From positions 92,632 through 156,631 of the forward strand of contig CALRDV010000001.1 in the NCBI GenBank assembly GCA_943355005.1: a stretch of 64,000 nucleotides of DNA. Direction: 5' to 3'. Position 1 is the first letter of the stretch, and the number at the start of each line of letters is the position of its first letter. A program made the position numbers and the translations under genes. This DNA comes from Patescibacteria group bacterium. Lineage in GTDB: Bacteria > Patescibacteriota > Microgenomatia > UBA1400 > MFAQ01. The notes under the pieces are model-generated. The model saw nothing but the letters and a program-made list of their open reading frames with translations. It was not told the origin of the DNA and searched no databases. Of this stretch, positions 17,299 to 25,701 are shown in pieces.

Positions 17299-18294
17299 AT
17301 GCTTAAAAAGAAACACATCACTTTCGATATCTCTATTGGCAGTATTTTTTGGATCCTTTTTTCTCTAGCTCTTGTATACATACTTATCAAGCTTACAGGG
17401 GTCATCATCCTTCTCTTTACAGCCATTCTCATTACCCTTGCTATATGCCCTTTAGTTGACTGGTTAGATAAATACAAAATAAAAAGAGGAATATCTGCAA
17501 TATTAATTTTATTATTGATTTTTGGTTCCATTATTACAATTACAATTTCCATAGCGGCTCCTTTAGTAGAGCAAACGCAGCTATTCTCTCAAAGACTTCC
17601 TGAAATTATTGATAGAGTTAGTCCCTTAAAGTTCGTAGATGGTTCATTTAGTACACAGTTTGCAGCAGTTCCAGGCAAAGTCTTAAACATTGCACTCGAC
17701 ACCTTCTCGGGATTTATCACGGCTTTCACAGTAATAGTTTTAAGCTATTACATGATTCAAGAGATGCACAATCTCAAAAAGTATCTTACTTATTGGTTTG
17801 GAGAAAAAGGACTTACTTACAATACCATCGCCGAGAAACTCGAGGTCCAAATTGGTAACTGGGTTAGAGGTCAACTTCTACTCATGCTTATCGTTGGCTT
17901 CTTAAGTTATCTTGGCTACCTCATTATTGGTATTCCCTTCGCTCTGCCGTTAGCGTTTTTTGCCGGTCTATTGGAGCTTGTACCAAATATCGGGCCTACA
18001 ATCGCGGCTATTCCTGCTATCTTGGTTGGATTTTCAATCTCCACTAACCATGGAATAGCAGCTCTGATTGTTTGTTTGGTCGTTCAGCAATTAGAAAACA
18101 ATCTAATTGTGCCGAAAATCATGCAACAGGTGACCGGTCTAAATCCAATAATTACCATTATCGCTATCATGATTGGCTTCCAGGTCGGTGGTCCGCTTAT
18201 GGCAGTTCTTGCTTTGCCGGTTGTCCTCTCAGCAAGAGTAATTTTCAGTCACATTAGCTTAAACAAAGACACCACCATCCCCGAAATAGACTAA
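17299..18294 (+). CDS. AI-2E family (PerM/UPF0118) transporter-like membrane protein.
   Basis: About 8 TM segments; the motif layout (conserved segment '...ELVPNIGPTIAAIPAILVGF...') is typical of AI-2E permeases. Confidence 0.65.
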   Translation: MLKKKHITFDISIGSIFWILFSLALVYILIKLTGVIILLFTAILITLAICPLVDWLDKYKIKRGISAILILLLIFGSIITITISIAAPLVEQTQLFSQRLPEIIDRVSPLKFVDGSFSTQFAAVPGKVLNIALDTFSGFITAFTVIVLSYYMIQEMHNLKKYLTYWFGEKGLTYNTIAEKLEVQIGNWVRGQLLLMLIVGFLSYLGYLIIGIPFALPLAFFAGLLELVPNIGPTIAAIPAILVGFSISTNHGIAALIVCLVVQQLENNLIVPKIMQQVTGLNPIITIIAIMIGFQVGGPLMAVLALPVVLSARVIFSHISLNKDTTIPEID

Positions 18295-18296
18295 AA

Positions 18297-18902
18297 ATGA
18301 AATCGCTTTCTTGTATTTGCTTGTTGGATAACGCGTCCGAAGAGAAAATTTCATCACTAACAAAAACTCTTTCTAGTGAAACTAATTCAAAAAAGATGCT
18401 ATCTTATCCACCACATCTTACTCTTCGTGGTGACTTTGAAATTAAAGATGAAAATATTCCTATTTTGATTTCTGATCTTTCAGACGTAGCTTCACTTCAA
18501 AAAAAGATTGTTGTTCAAACCTCTAAATTCGAATTCTATCCTTGGAAAATGGTTTCTCTGGAAGTAATAAGCAATTCTGCTCTGGATAATTTACACATCA
18601 TGGCTATGGACACAATTCAAAAATATCGAACTGCTTGGATTCCACAAGTGCTAATAGATAACACTTCCGATTACACAGAAAAACAGAAAGAATATATCCA
18701 CGAGTTTGGATACCAATTTGCGTATGAGTATTTTTCTCCACACTTTGGTTTGGCAGGCAATGATATGACTCAGGAAATTTTTGACACCATCAAAGTCAAA
18801 TATCATAATCGGGAAGAAAAAATAAATGTATCTTTAGAAAAAATTGCCTTAATCGATAGGGAAAAGAATAATCAGCCAATCGCCACTTTTTCACTTACAT
18901 AA
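18297..18902 (+). CDS. Hypothetical protein (201 aa).
   Basis: There is a single 'HLTL' motif, but no second H-x-T/S-x motif, so I do not call it a 2H phosphoesterase. Confidence 0.4.
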   Translation: MKSLSCICLLDNASEEKISSLTKTLSSETNSKKMLSYPPHLTLRGDFEIKDENIPILISDLSDVASLQKKIVVQTSKFEFYPWKMVSLEVISNSALDNLHIMAMDTIQKYRTAWIPQVLIDNTSDYTEKQKEYIHEFGYQFAYEYFSPHFGLAGNDMTQEIFDTIKVKYHNREEKINVSLEKIALIDREKNNQPIATFSLT

Positions 18903-18910
18903 AACCAAAA

Positions 18911-18926
18911 AGAACCCTTTCGGGTT
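18911..18926. terminator. Bidirectional hairpin terminator. On the minus strand it reads GAACCCGAAAGGGUUC + UUUUU at the rnpB 3' end; on the plus strand it follows 18297..18902.
   Basis: aaaccaaaaagaaccctttcgggttc. Confidence 0.6.
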
Positions 18927-19236
18927 CCCTAGGACAATAAGCCGGATTCTGTCGTGGAGGAATATCTATCTATGCTCGAGACTTTAGGGACGGAAAAGAC
19001 ACCTTAATCCCAATTCGTCGATTGCAGCAGGGCGGGTTACCACTCCTCTAGGATTTCTCCTAGCGGATCTCCACCTAGCGGTGGAACGTTTCACCTTTAA
19101 TCGTCTCTGTGGCCCTATCGTGCCCTGTAGGTCGCCCCACAAGGAGCCGGGTTTCCCCGGCCACCCTTTCTTTTAGCTGTCCGGACTTTCCTCCCCACTC
19201 TTGCGAGTAGGGCATTCCTCTCGTCCTAGGGAAGCC
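18921..19236 (-). ncRNA. rnpB: RNase P RNA (bacterial type, reduced size, about 316 nt).
   Basis: The minus strand contains P4 5' strand 'GGAGGAAAGUCCGGAC', P4 3' strand 'ACAGAAUCCGGCUUA', 'AAGGUGAAACG', 'GGUAACCCGCC', and a P1 helix UCCCUAGGAC/GUCCUAGGGA. High GC in an AT-rich genome. Confidence 0.8.
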
Positions 19237-19238
19237 TA

Positions 19239-19247
19239 ATTTTACCA
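19239..19247 (-). promoter_or_regulatory. Extended -10 (TGGTAAAAT) promoter for rnpB.
   Basis: Minus strand '...ttgtggtaaaattaggCUUCCC' lies immediately upstream of the P1 5' end. Confidence 0.35.
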
Positions 19248-19328
19248 CAATTTTGCTGATAAAACCCATAGTAAGTCCTAGATAGTGTATAATATACAAG
19301 TAGGCACATTAAGTTCAAGGAGTATGCG

Positions 19329-19628
19329 ATGGCTCATTTTTTCAATCCAAACGAATTCCCTGCCGGTTATAAGTTCATAGTGCAAATTTTCTCAACGACA
19401 TATATCCACCACGAGGCTGATCGACGCTCAATAGAAGCTCCAGGTCACGGATATCCTGCTCATGACGAACCAATCCATCAAGTAGAACAGATTGCTCTCA
19501 AGGATGAAAAAGAGCTTCAAGAGGAGTTGCAAAGACTGTACACCAAGGACAAAAACCGAAAAGATATCTTGGTTTTGGAAATTAATCGGGTTGTTCCGGT
19601 CGGAGTCTCGGTTCAGGTTGATTTCTAA
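19329..19628 (+). CDS. Hypothetical protein (99 aa).
   Basis: Strong RBS 'aaggag' 6 nt upstream; a -10 'tataat' at 19283-19288; followed by an intrinsic terminator. Confidence 0.5.
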   Translation: MAHFFNPNEFPAGYKFIVQIFSTTYIHHEADRRSIEAPGHGYPAHDEPIHQVEQIALKDEKELQEELQRLYTKDKNRKDILVLEINRVVPVGVSVQVDF

Positions 19629-19634
19629 AAATTA

Positions 19635-19661
19635 AGCCAGGTATAAAGCCTGGCTTTTTTA
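19635..19661 (+). terminator. Rho-independent terminator.
   Basis: agccaggtataaagcctggcttttttt. Confidence 0.7.
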
Positions 19662-19706
19662 CACTATGAAATCACTCATAGTATTTATTTGATATGATAA
19701 GAGCAT

Positions 19707-20396
19707 ATGCAACCAAACGTACTCTTATCTTTCCAAAGCTCGTTCTCTTTAGCCGCCAACCAAGTCCTGGTCGGCATTATTAGTTTCTTGCCAAACATCT
19801 TAGGTGCCTTAGTTCTTTTCCTTGTGGGTTGGATAATTGCCGATTGGCTAAAATCTCTCACAACCAAAGTCGTAAATATCACCAAATTAGATGCTTTGAT
19901 AAATAATCCGGCCGTTAAAGATTTTCTGAAGAATGCTCAAGTTTCACAAAAATTGGAAGTAATCATCGGAGAAGTTGTGAAGTGGCTAGTCATCACTTTA
20001 TTCTTTGTCGCCAGTATCAATCTTCTCGGCATCACCTCCATTAGTTTGTTTTTAAATGGAATTATCGCCGGCATTCCCACACTTATCGCCGCCGTCTTAA
20101 CACTCGTCATCGGCGTCGTCGTTGCCGGCTTCTTGGAGAAGATGGTAAAGGGTTCCTACGGTTCCAAAGATGCTTCCACCGGTCGCTTTATCGGTAAAGC
20201 TGTCAGTTACGCCGTCATGACTTTCTTCGTCCTAGCCGCCCTCTCACAGCTTGGCATTGCCAGCTTCTTCATCAACACTGTCTTTATTGGCTTTATCATG
20301 GCCATTGCCTTAGCACTCGGGATTGGTCTGGGTCTTGGCTCCAAAGATCTCATCAAAAAAATATTAGAAGACTGGTACAAGAAAATCGAGAAATAA
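19707..20396 (+). CDS. Membrane protein with conserved TM-helix repeats (MscS-N-terminal-like).
   Basis: Repeated hydrophobic helices such as 'ALVLFLVGWIIADWLKSL...'; 4-5 TM segments. Confidence 0.5.
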   Translation: MQPNVLLSFQSSFSLAANQVLVGIISFLPNILGALVLFLVGWIIADWLKSLTTKVVNITKLDALINNPAVKDFLKNAQVSQKLEVIIGEVVKWLVITLFFVASINLLGITSISLFLNGIIAGIPTLIAAVLTLVIGVVVAGFLEKMVKGSYGSKDASTGRFIGKAVSYAVMTFFVLAALSQLGIASFFINTVFIGFIMAIALALGIGLGLGSKDLIKKILEDWYKKIEK

Positions 20397-21142
20397 TGAT
20401 CAAATTTTCTGAGTTTAAAAAGTTTTTCATTTTTAACCTAATTGGTAGTCTGGTCATATCGGCAATCGTTGCTGTAATTACAGTTCTATTGGGGAACTTT
20501 AACGAAGTAGCTTTTAAAGTTTTAATCACTTTGACCATGGTGGTTTCTCATTCTCTAGTCAGTCTAGGTTTCATTTGGGATGACGAAAGACAAAACACTT
20601 TCGATAGATTGGCTTATTTTTCCGATGTTCTTTTTGTTTTAATTGTTTCCAGTTTTGTTACTTCTATCTTTGGCGTATGGAGTTTAATATCCAGTGAGCT
20701 GGTTTGGCATTTATATCAAACATTCTTTGTTATTGGATTTGCCTCGCTTCACGGAGACATTTTATCTAAAGTACTTGGTAAGGAAACCTATATAGATACT
20801 ATTGTTTACATCAATTATTTCTTCATGGCCGTTCTAGTCTTATTGTTATTGCCTGCTATTTTTATCACCGATTCAGCCAAGATTTTAGGTGAAATGTATT
20901 TTAGAATAATGGGTGCAGTTGGAATCATTGACGGAACTCTAAGTGTCCTCACAATTATTTTCTACAAGCTTTATATACTTAAGCATCCACAGACTCAAAA
21001 CTTGCTTTCTGGGGCAGCAGAATCAGCTCCAGTGGCTCAAAAGAGGGGACTCTCAGTCTGGGTGTGGATTTTAATATTCTATCTGGCCATTCAAATAATT
21101 TCCTCGCTAATGTTTGGTGTCTTCTCTCGGCTCAGTCTTTAA
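20396..21142 (+). CDS. Hypothetical polytopic membrane protein.
   Basis: 6-7 predicted TM helices; start overlaps the upstream stop (ATGA). Confidence 0.5.
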   Translation: MIKFSEFKKFFIFNLIGSLVISAIVAVITVLLGNFNEVAFKVLITLTMVVSHSLVSLGFIWDDERQNTFDRLAYFSDVLFVLIVSSFVTSIFGVWSLISSELVWHLYQTFFVIGFASLHGDILSKVLGKETYIDTIVYINYFFMAVLVLLLLPAIFITDSAKILGEMYFRIMGAVGIIDGTLSVLTIIFYKLYILKHPQTQNLLSGAAESAPVAQKRGLSVWVWILIFYLAIQIISSLMFGVFSRLSL

Positions 21143-21154
21143 TATACTAGCCAC

Positions 21155-21194
21155 CAAAAAACCCGGGGTCGATTTCTCTCGCTCGGGTTTTTTG
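21155..21194. terminator. Probable bidirectional terminator.
   Basis: aaaaaacccggggtcgatttctctcgctcgggttttttg. Confidence 0.45.
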
Positions 21195-21209
21195 AACGTG
21201 ACAAGTAGT

Positions 21210-21350
21210 TTACTTGGCGCCGATTTTAAACATCTTTGTTCCACAGGTGGGGCAAACAGCTTTAACGGCTGGTTTACCATTCTTCATGGTGACTCTCTCG
21301 AATTCGGTTACGTCTTTTTTGGCTCTACATTTTACACAATAGATCTGCAT
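21210..21350 (-). CDS. Small zinc-ribbon protein (46 aa: MQIYCVKCRAKKDVTEFERVTMKNGKPAVKAVCPTCGTKMFKIGAK). It is below the ORF-track size cutoff.
   Basis: Two CxxC pairs; strong SD on the minus strand (AAAGGGGGTGA about 8 nt before the ATG). Confidence 0.6.
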   Translation of the reverse strand: MQIYCVKCRAKKDVTEFERVTMKNGKPAVKAVCPTCGTKMFKIGAK

Positions 21351-21378
21351 TTACTTGGTTCACCCCCTTTCCTATTTT

Positions 21379-21639
21379 TTAGTGCCTGGATAAATAATTC
21401 CAAATTGCAAGCTCCAAGGCTAGGACAAGCATAGTCAGGAGTAATGTCTTTGTCAAGTCTGTTTTGAAAAACTTCTTTTCTCCTGGCAGAAGTTCTGGAA
21501 TAGAATATGGCTTTTTTGCGCCCACTCCCAGCCATTCATCTTTAATTACAAAGCCTTCGGTTCTCTGTTTTCTTTCTTGACTGTGAACTTTTTCTTTTTT
21601 GGTTTTTCTCTGTCTGCTCATGGTTAATATTATATCCAC
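21379..21639 (-). CDS. Hypothetical small basic protein with a C-terminal hydrophobic segment.
   Basis: ORF only; a competing overlapping frame exists (21332..21535). Confidence 0.3.
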   Translation of the reverse strand: MDIILTMSRQRKTKKEKVHSQERKQRTEGFVIKDEWLGVGAKKPYSIPELLPGEKKFFKTDLTKTLLLTMLVLALELAIWNYLSRH

Positions 21640-21646
21640 AAGCTGT

Positions 21647-21709
21647 CCGTCATTGCGAGGAGGTATTCCGACTGTTTACCCCGGCCAGCAGGCGGGGTGG
21701 CAATCCAGG
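21647..21709 (+). repeat. B-type palindromic repeat with an extended inner segment.
   Basis: ccgtcattgcgaggaggtattccgactgtttaccccggccagcaggcggggtggcaatccagg. Confidence 0.8.
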
Positions 21710-21747
21710 TTTTTAGATAAGGATTTATAGTAAAATAAATTCACTCT

Positions 21748-22203
21748 ATGGTGTTTACCTATATTTTTTACGGAATTATTCTAATCTGGATTTCCACTCT
21801 AACCTATTTAGTTATTCGTCTGATGCGTCACTATAGTCGCCTTACGGCCGATGTTTCCAAGAAGGATCTTATCTCAGCCTTAAATCACTTAATCTCCACT
21901 TCCGGACAGAACACGGACGACATTCGTACCCTTCAGGAGAAGTTGGATAGGGAAATAACAAATAACAAAAAACACCTCCAGAGATTAGGCTTCCGCCGCT
22001 ATAATCCCTTTACGGATACCGGCGGAGATCAGAGCTTCTCAGCTGCCTTTTTAGATGATAATGGTGACGGCATTATGATAAGCTCTTTACATAGTCGGGA
22101 AAATACCCGGCTTTATGCTAAGAAGGTCGATGGAGGAAAAGTTACCACCCAGGCCTTATCCAAAGAGGAACAAGAAGTTATCAATGAAGCAATAAAAAAT
22201 TAA
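21748..22203 (+). CDS. DUF4446-like protein (N-terminal TM, conserved 'YNPFTDTGGDQSFSAAFLDDNGDGIMISSLHSRENTRLYAK').
   Basis: Motif recognised from the DUF4446 family; assigned from memory and not verified. Confidence 0.45.
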   Translation: MVFTYIFYGIILIWISTLTYLVIRLMRHYSRLTADVSKKDLISALNHLISTSGQNTDDIRTLQEKLDREITNNKKHLQRLGFRRYNPFTDTGGDQSFSAAFLDDNGDGIMISSLHSRENTRLYAKKVDGGKVTTQALSKEEQEVINEAIKN

Positions 22204-22210
22204 ATATCTT

Positions 22211-23419
22211 ATGAAATTCACACCTAAAATCATTATTTCATTGGTCTTAACTTTTTTTGTTTCTGCCGGTATGGCCTACGCTGTTGTTCCAGCAAGTGGG
22301 GGAGGTTTGCTTTCTCCAAGCGCCGAAGGACCTGTTACCGAGAAAAAATCTGCCGGTTTTGGTCAGTTTGCTGACGAGCCAAAGACTCAAGCTTGTCCCA
22401 TCAATGGCAAACTTTACACCAAATCGGAAGAAAAGCTTTGGCAAACCAAACGCCCCATTCTTGCCATGATTGAAAATGATATTCACGCCCGTCCCCAGTC
22501 GGGACTTTCTTCGGCCGATGTTGTTTACGAAGCGGTCGCCGAAGGTGGCATTACACGTTTCATGGGAGTTTTTTACTGCGGAGCTCAAAGTGATGCAGCT
22601 AAAGTTGGCCCGGTCAGAAGCGCCAGAATTTATTTCGTAAACATCGCTGCCGAATACAACACTCCTGTTTATTTACACGTCGGTGGTGGTAACTGTAGTC
22701 GTGACGAAGCTAGTGGCCAGTGCACATCCAATAAGAAAGCTTGGGCCATTGAAGAACTTTCTAAATTGGGCTGGAGAAAAGCCGGCGGTAATGATTTTGA
22801 CACTACCGGAGACACTGGCGCACCTGTACTTTTCAGAGATTACAATCGTTTAGGCGCCGATGTCACCTTGGACACGGAACACACTATGGTAGGTTCCCTT
22901 CCTGCCGCCTGGAGGCAAGCTGAGAAACGTGGTTATGGTAGTTTGATGGTCGATGGTAAGACTCCCTGGCTCACGGGCTTCAAGCCTTGGAAAAATGGCA
23001 CTGTTGAAATCAAAGGCAAACCCGCTGTAGATATCGCTTATGATTTTTGGAGCAACTACAAAGATTTTACTGTCACCTGGAAATACGATGCGGTCACCAA
23101 AGAATATATCCGCACTCAAGGTGGTAAGCCACAGATGGATTTAGAAGTTAACAAACAAATTTCTTCACCAAATGTTGTCATTCAATTTGCCAAAGAAGAA
23201 GGTCCTCTAGACGAACACAAACATATGTTCTATACCGTTATTGGTAGCGGGACAGGAATTTTCTTCAACGGCGGACAAGCTATCGATATCAAATGGAGTA
23301 AAGCCACTCAAACAGGTCGAACCATATTTACAGATCTTGCCGGAAAAGAAATTACTTATACACCCGGTGCCATCTGGATAAGTATTTTACCCATTGCGAA
23401 CAAAGTCGTATACAATTAG
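22211..23419 (+). CDS. Secreted DUF3048 (YerB-like) protein.
   Basis: Signal peptide; 'RPILAMIENDIHARPQSGLSSADVVYEAVAEGGITRFMGVFY' resembles the DUF3048 N-domain. Confidence 0.5.
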   Translation: MKFTPKIIISLVLTFFVSAGMAYAVVPASGGGLLSPSAEGPVTEKKSAGFGQFADEPKTQACPINGKLYTKSEEKLWQTKRPILAMIENDIHARPQSGLSSADVVYEAVAEGGITRFMGVFYCGAQSDAAKVGPVRSARIYFVNIAAEYNTPVYLHVGGGNCSRDEASGQCTSNKKAWAIEELSKLGWRKAGGNDFDTTGDTGAPVLFRDYNRLGADVTLDTEHTMVGSLPAAWRQAEKRGYGSLMVDGKTPWLTGFKPWKNGTVEIKGKPAVDIAYDFWSNYKDFTVTWKYDAVTKEYIRTQGGKPQMDLEVNKQISSPNVVIQFAKEEGPLDEHKHMFYTVIGSGTGIFFNGGQAIDIKWSKATQTGRTIFTDLAGKEITYTPGAIWISILPIANKVVYN

Positions 23420-23422
23420 GGG

Positions 23423-24004
23423 GTGGCAAAGCTATCCGATTTAATCATTTCTAAGGTTCGCGTCAAGCTTCTAAAACTTTTTCTTTCTCAGACAAAGGAA
23501 ATGTTTTATGTGCGTCAGCTCACTAGAATCACAAAAGAAGAAATTAACGCTATCAGAAGAGAGCTTGATCATCTGCAGAAAGCCGGACTTCTAAAAAGTG
23601 AGAAAAGAGGTAATCGTCTTTATTATTCCGTTAGGCCCACCTTCACACTTTATCCGGAAATTACCAACTTAGTTATGAAATCCACCGGCTTTGGCCGTCT
23701 AATTATCAAAAACCGCAGCAAACTTGGTTTTGTGAAATACGCCTTCGCCTCCCAAAAGTTAGCCCGAGGCCTAGCTAGAGACCCCGAAGAGGTAGATCTT
23801 ATGATAATAGGAAAAGTTATTATGCCCCAACTTGCACTTCTAATTAAACAGATAGAAAAAATGCTAAATACCGAGCTGAACTATTCTTGTATGACGGAGG
23901 AAGAATTTAATTATCGAAAGTCCCACAAAGATCCTTTTATTGTCAAAGTACTTCTTCAATCTCGAATTACTTTGATAGGGGATGAAATTCAATTACTAAG
24001 CTAA
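23423..24004 (+). CDS. Winged-helix DNA-binding protein with a possible nucleotidyltransferase-like C-domain (GTG start).
   Basis: wHTH 'EEINAIRRELDHLQKAGLLKSEKRGNRLYYSV'; 'EVDLMIIGKV' resembles the NTase aspartate motif; RBS 'aggggg'. Confidence 0.45.
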   Translation: MAKLSDLIISKVRVKLLKLFLSQTKEMFYVRQLTRITKEEINAIRRELDHLQKAGLLKSEKRGNRLYYSVRPTFTLYPEITNLVMKSTGFGRLIIKNRSKLGFVKYAFASQKLARGLARDPEEVDLMIIGKVIMPQLALLIKQIEKMLNTELNYSCMTEEEFNYRKSHKDPFIVKVLLQSRITLIGDEIQLLS

Positions 24005-24204
24005 TGCCAATTCAAAAAATTTTAAAGGTAGGTAACTCACTTGGAGTTACTCTCCCGTCAAACTTGGTCAAAAATCTATCTCTCAAGCCGGGGGATCAAG
24101 TAGAAGTTGTTTATGATTTGAACAATACATTGACTTTTAATTTTATCGATAGTCATCAGCTTAGTTTGGGCCTATCTTCCGGCAGAAAATCAGCCAAAAA
24201 ATAA
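24004..24204 (+). CDS. SpoVT/AbrB (MazE-like) swapped-hairpin domain protein.
   Basis: 'KVGNSLGVTLPSNLVKNLSLKPGDQVEV'; translationally coupled to the upstream gene (TAATG). Confidence 0.5.
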   Translation: MPIQKILKVGNSLGVTLPSNLVKNLSLKPGDQVEVVYDLNNTLTFNFIDSHQLSLGLSSGRKSAKK

Positions 24205-24217
24205 TATAATCCTTAAT

Positions 24218-25567
24218 ATGACACTCTCAAAGCCACAAAAAACTTCTATTGGTGTTTTTATTCTTACGATCATCTCGCTCTACATAATTCTTCCTGCCAA
24301 ATTAGGCAACTTCAATGTTCCGAGAATCAATTTCAAGCTTGGCAACTTTGATTTCTCCAAAGAAATCGAACTTAAGCAAGGCTTGGATATTAAAGGTGGT
24401 CTACAAGTAGTTCTTAACGCAGACATGAAAGACATTGCTCAGGGAGACCGTCCATCAGCTTTAGAATCTCTAAAAAATGTTATCGGCAGAAGAGTAGATC
24501 TTTTTGGTGTTTCCGAATCGGGTGTCAAGACAGCCATGTCCGGCAATGACTACAGACTTATTCTAGAACTACCCGGAGTCACCGATCCCCAGCAAGCTTT
24601 ATCCCTCATTGGTCAAACCGCCAAGATGGTTTTTGCCCTTCCGATATACACTCCAGGGAAAACCGCCTCTGATTCAGCCACTCTTACCGGCTTTAGCCCC
24701 ACAGATCTCACGGGTGCCGACTTGGCCAGAGCTCAAGTTACTTTTGAGTCACAAGATAGATCTCCGGCTGTTTCCATTACTTTCAAAGACACCGGAAAAA
24801 CCAAGTTCGCCAAGCTAACCAAAGAAAATATCGGCAAACCTGTAGCAATTCTATTGGATGGATATCCCATTACCATGCCCACAGTTCAAGCCGAAATCGA
24901 TAGCGGAAGTGCTGTCATTACCGGCAAATTTTCAACCGACGAAGCCAAAGCTTTATCCGTTCAGTTAAATGCAGGAGCACTCCCTGTTCCTGTTTCTATC
25001 CTAAGTCAGAAAAATATTCCCGCGACTTTAGGTGCCGACTCCATCAAGAAAAGTATTACCGCCGGAGCTATCGGATTATTCATGGTTATCTTTTTTATGA
25101 TTGCATACTATGGTTGGATGGGTGTCATCGCCTCCGTTGGTTTGATACTCTATGGTGTTTTTACTTTAGCTCTCTACAAATTAATTCCCGTGGTTCTTAG
25201 TCTACCCGGTATTGCCGGTTTCCTCTTGTCCGTCGGTATGGCTGTAGATAGTAACATTCTGGTATTTGAAAGATACAAAGAAGAAATTCGCGCCGGTCGG
25301 GATTGGCGAGTTGGCTTAGAGCTAGCCTTTGGTCGAGCTTGGGACTCAATCAAAGACGCCAACACGGCTACTATTATTACCGGTTTAATTCTCTTTAATC
25401 CTCTTGAATGGAGTTTTTTAAATACCTCAGGCTCTGTCCGAGGTTTTGCCCTGACACTAATTTTGGGAATTTTTATCTCTCTCTTCACGGGCATTGTCGT
25501 CACCAGAAATCTCCTCCGCATCTTCTTCAAGGGCAAATCCTCTTCGTCATTGCGAGGAACAAAGTGA
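24218..25567 (+). CDS. secD: Protein translocase subunit SecD. Its C-terminus and stop codon are supplied by a palindromic repeat.
   Basis: 'KPVAILLDGYPITMPTVQAEIDSGSAVITGKFSTDEAKAL'; 'GVIASVGLILYGVFTLALYKLIPVVLSLPGIAGFLLSVGMAVDSNILVFER'. Confidence 0.9.
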   Translation: MTLSKPQKTSIGVFILTIISLYIILPAKLGNFNVPRINFKLGNFDFSKEIELKQGLDIKGGLQVVLNADMKDIAQGDRPSALESLKNVIGRRVDLFGVSESGVKTAMSGNDYRLILELPGVTDPQQALSLIGQTAKMVFALPIYTPGKTASDSATLTGFSPTDLTGADLARAQVTFESQDRSPAVSITFKDTGKTKFAKLTKENIGKPVAILLDGYPITMPTVQAEIDSGSAVITGKFSTDEAKALSVQLNAGALPVPVSILSQKNIPATLGADSIKKSITAGAIGLFMVIFFMIAYYGWMGVIASVGLILYGVFTLALYKLIPVVLSLPGIAGFLLSVGMAVDSNILVFERYKEEIRAGRDWRVGLELAFGRAWDSIKDANTATIITGLILFNPLEWSFLNTSGSVRGFALTLILGIFISLFTGIVVTRNLLRIFFKGKSSSSLRGTK

Positions 25568-25680
25568 CGCGGCAATCTATATTCGTCATTCCTGCGAAGG
25601 CAGGAATCCATAAAAACAAACACAAATTAATATTAAATCGTAATAATCTGTCATTCCCGACCTGATCGGGAATCTATAAA
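25545..25680 (+). repeat. Cluster of three palindromic repeats (B, A, A types) between secD and secF. The first overlaps the last codons and the TGA stop of secD.
   Basis: cgtcattgcgaggaacaaagtgacgcggcaatct ... ttcgtcattcctgcgaaggcaggaatccataaaa ... ctgtcattcccgacctgatcgggaatctataaaa. Confidence 0.8.
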
Positions 25681-25701
25681 AATAAATTCAACTAAAAAAA
25701 C

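Noticed and set aside
18297-18902. 2H phosphoesterase (LigT-like) assignment for the 201-aa protein.
   Set aside because: Only one H-x-T-x motif (HLTL) is present and the second catalytic motif is absent. Left as hypothetical.
19075-19299. 74-aa minus-strand ORF.
   Set aside because: Lies entirely inside the RNase P RNA gene (GC-rich structured RNA).
21647-21709. SRP-RNA-like motif (tttaccccggccagcaggcgggg).
   Set aside because: The segment is the inner part of a B-type palindromic repeat bounded by GTCATTGCGAG...GTGGCAATCCAGG. The CCGGCAGGC module recurs in other repeat copies (16148, 48325).
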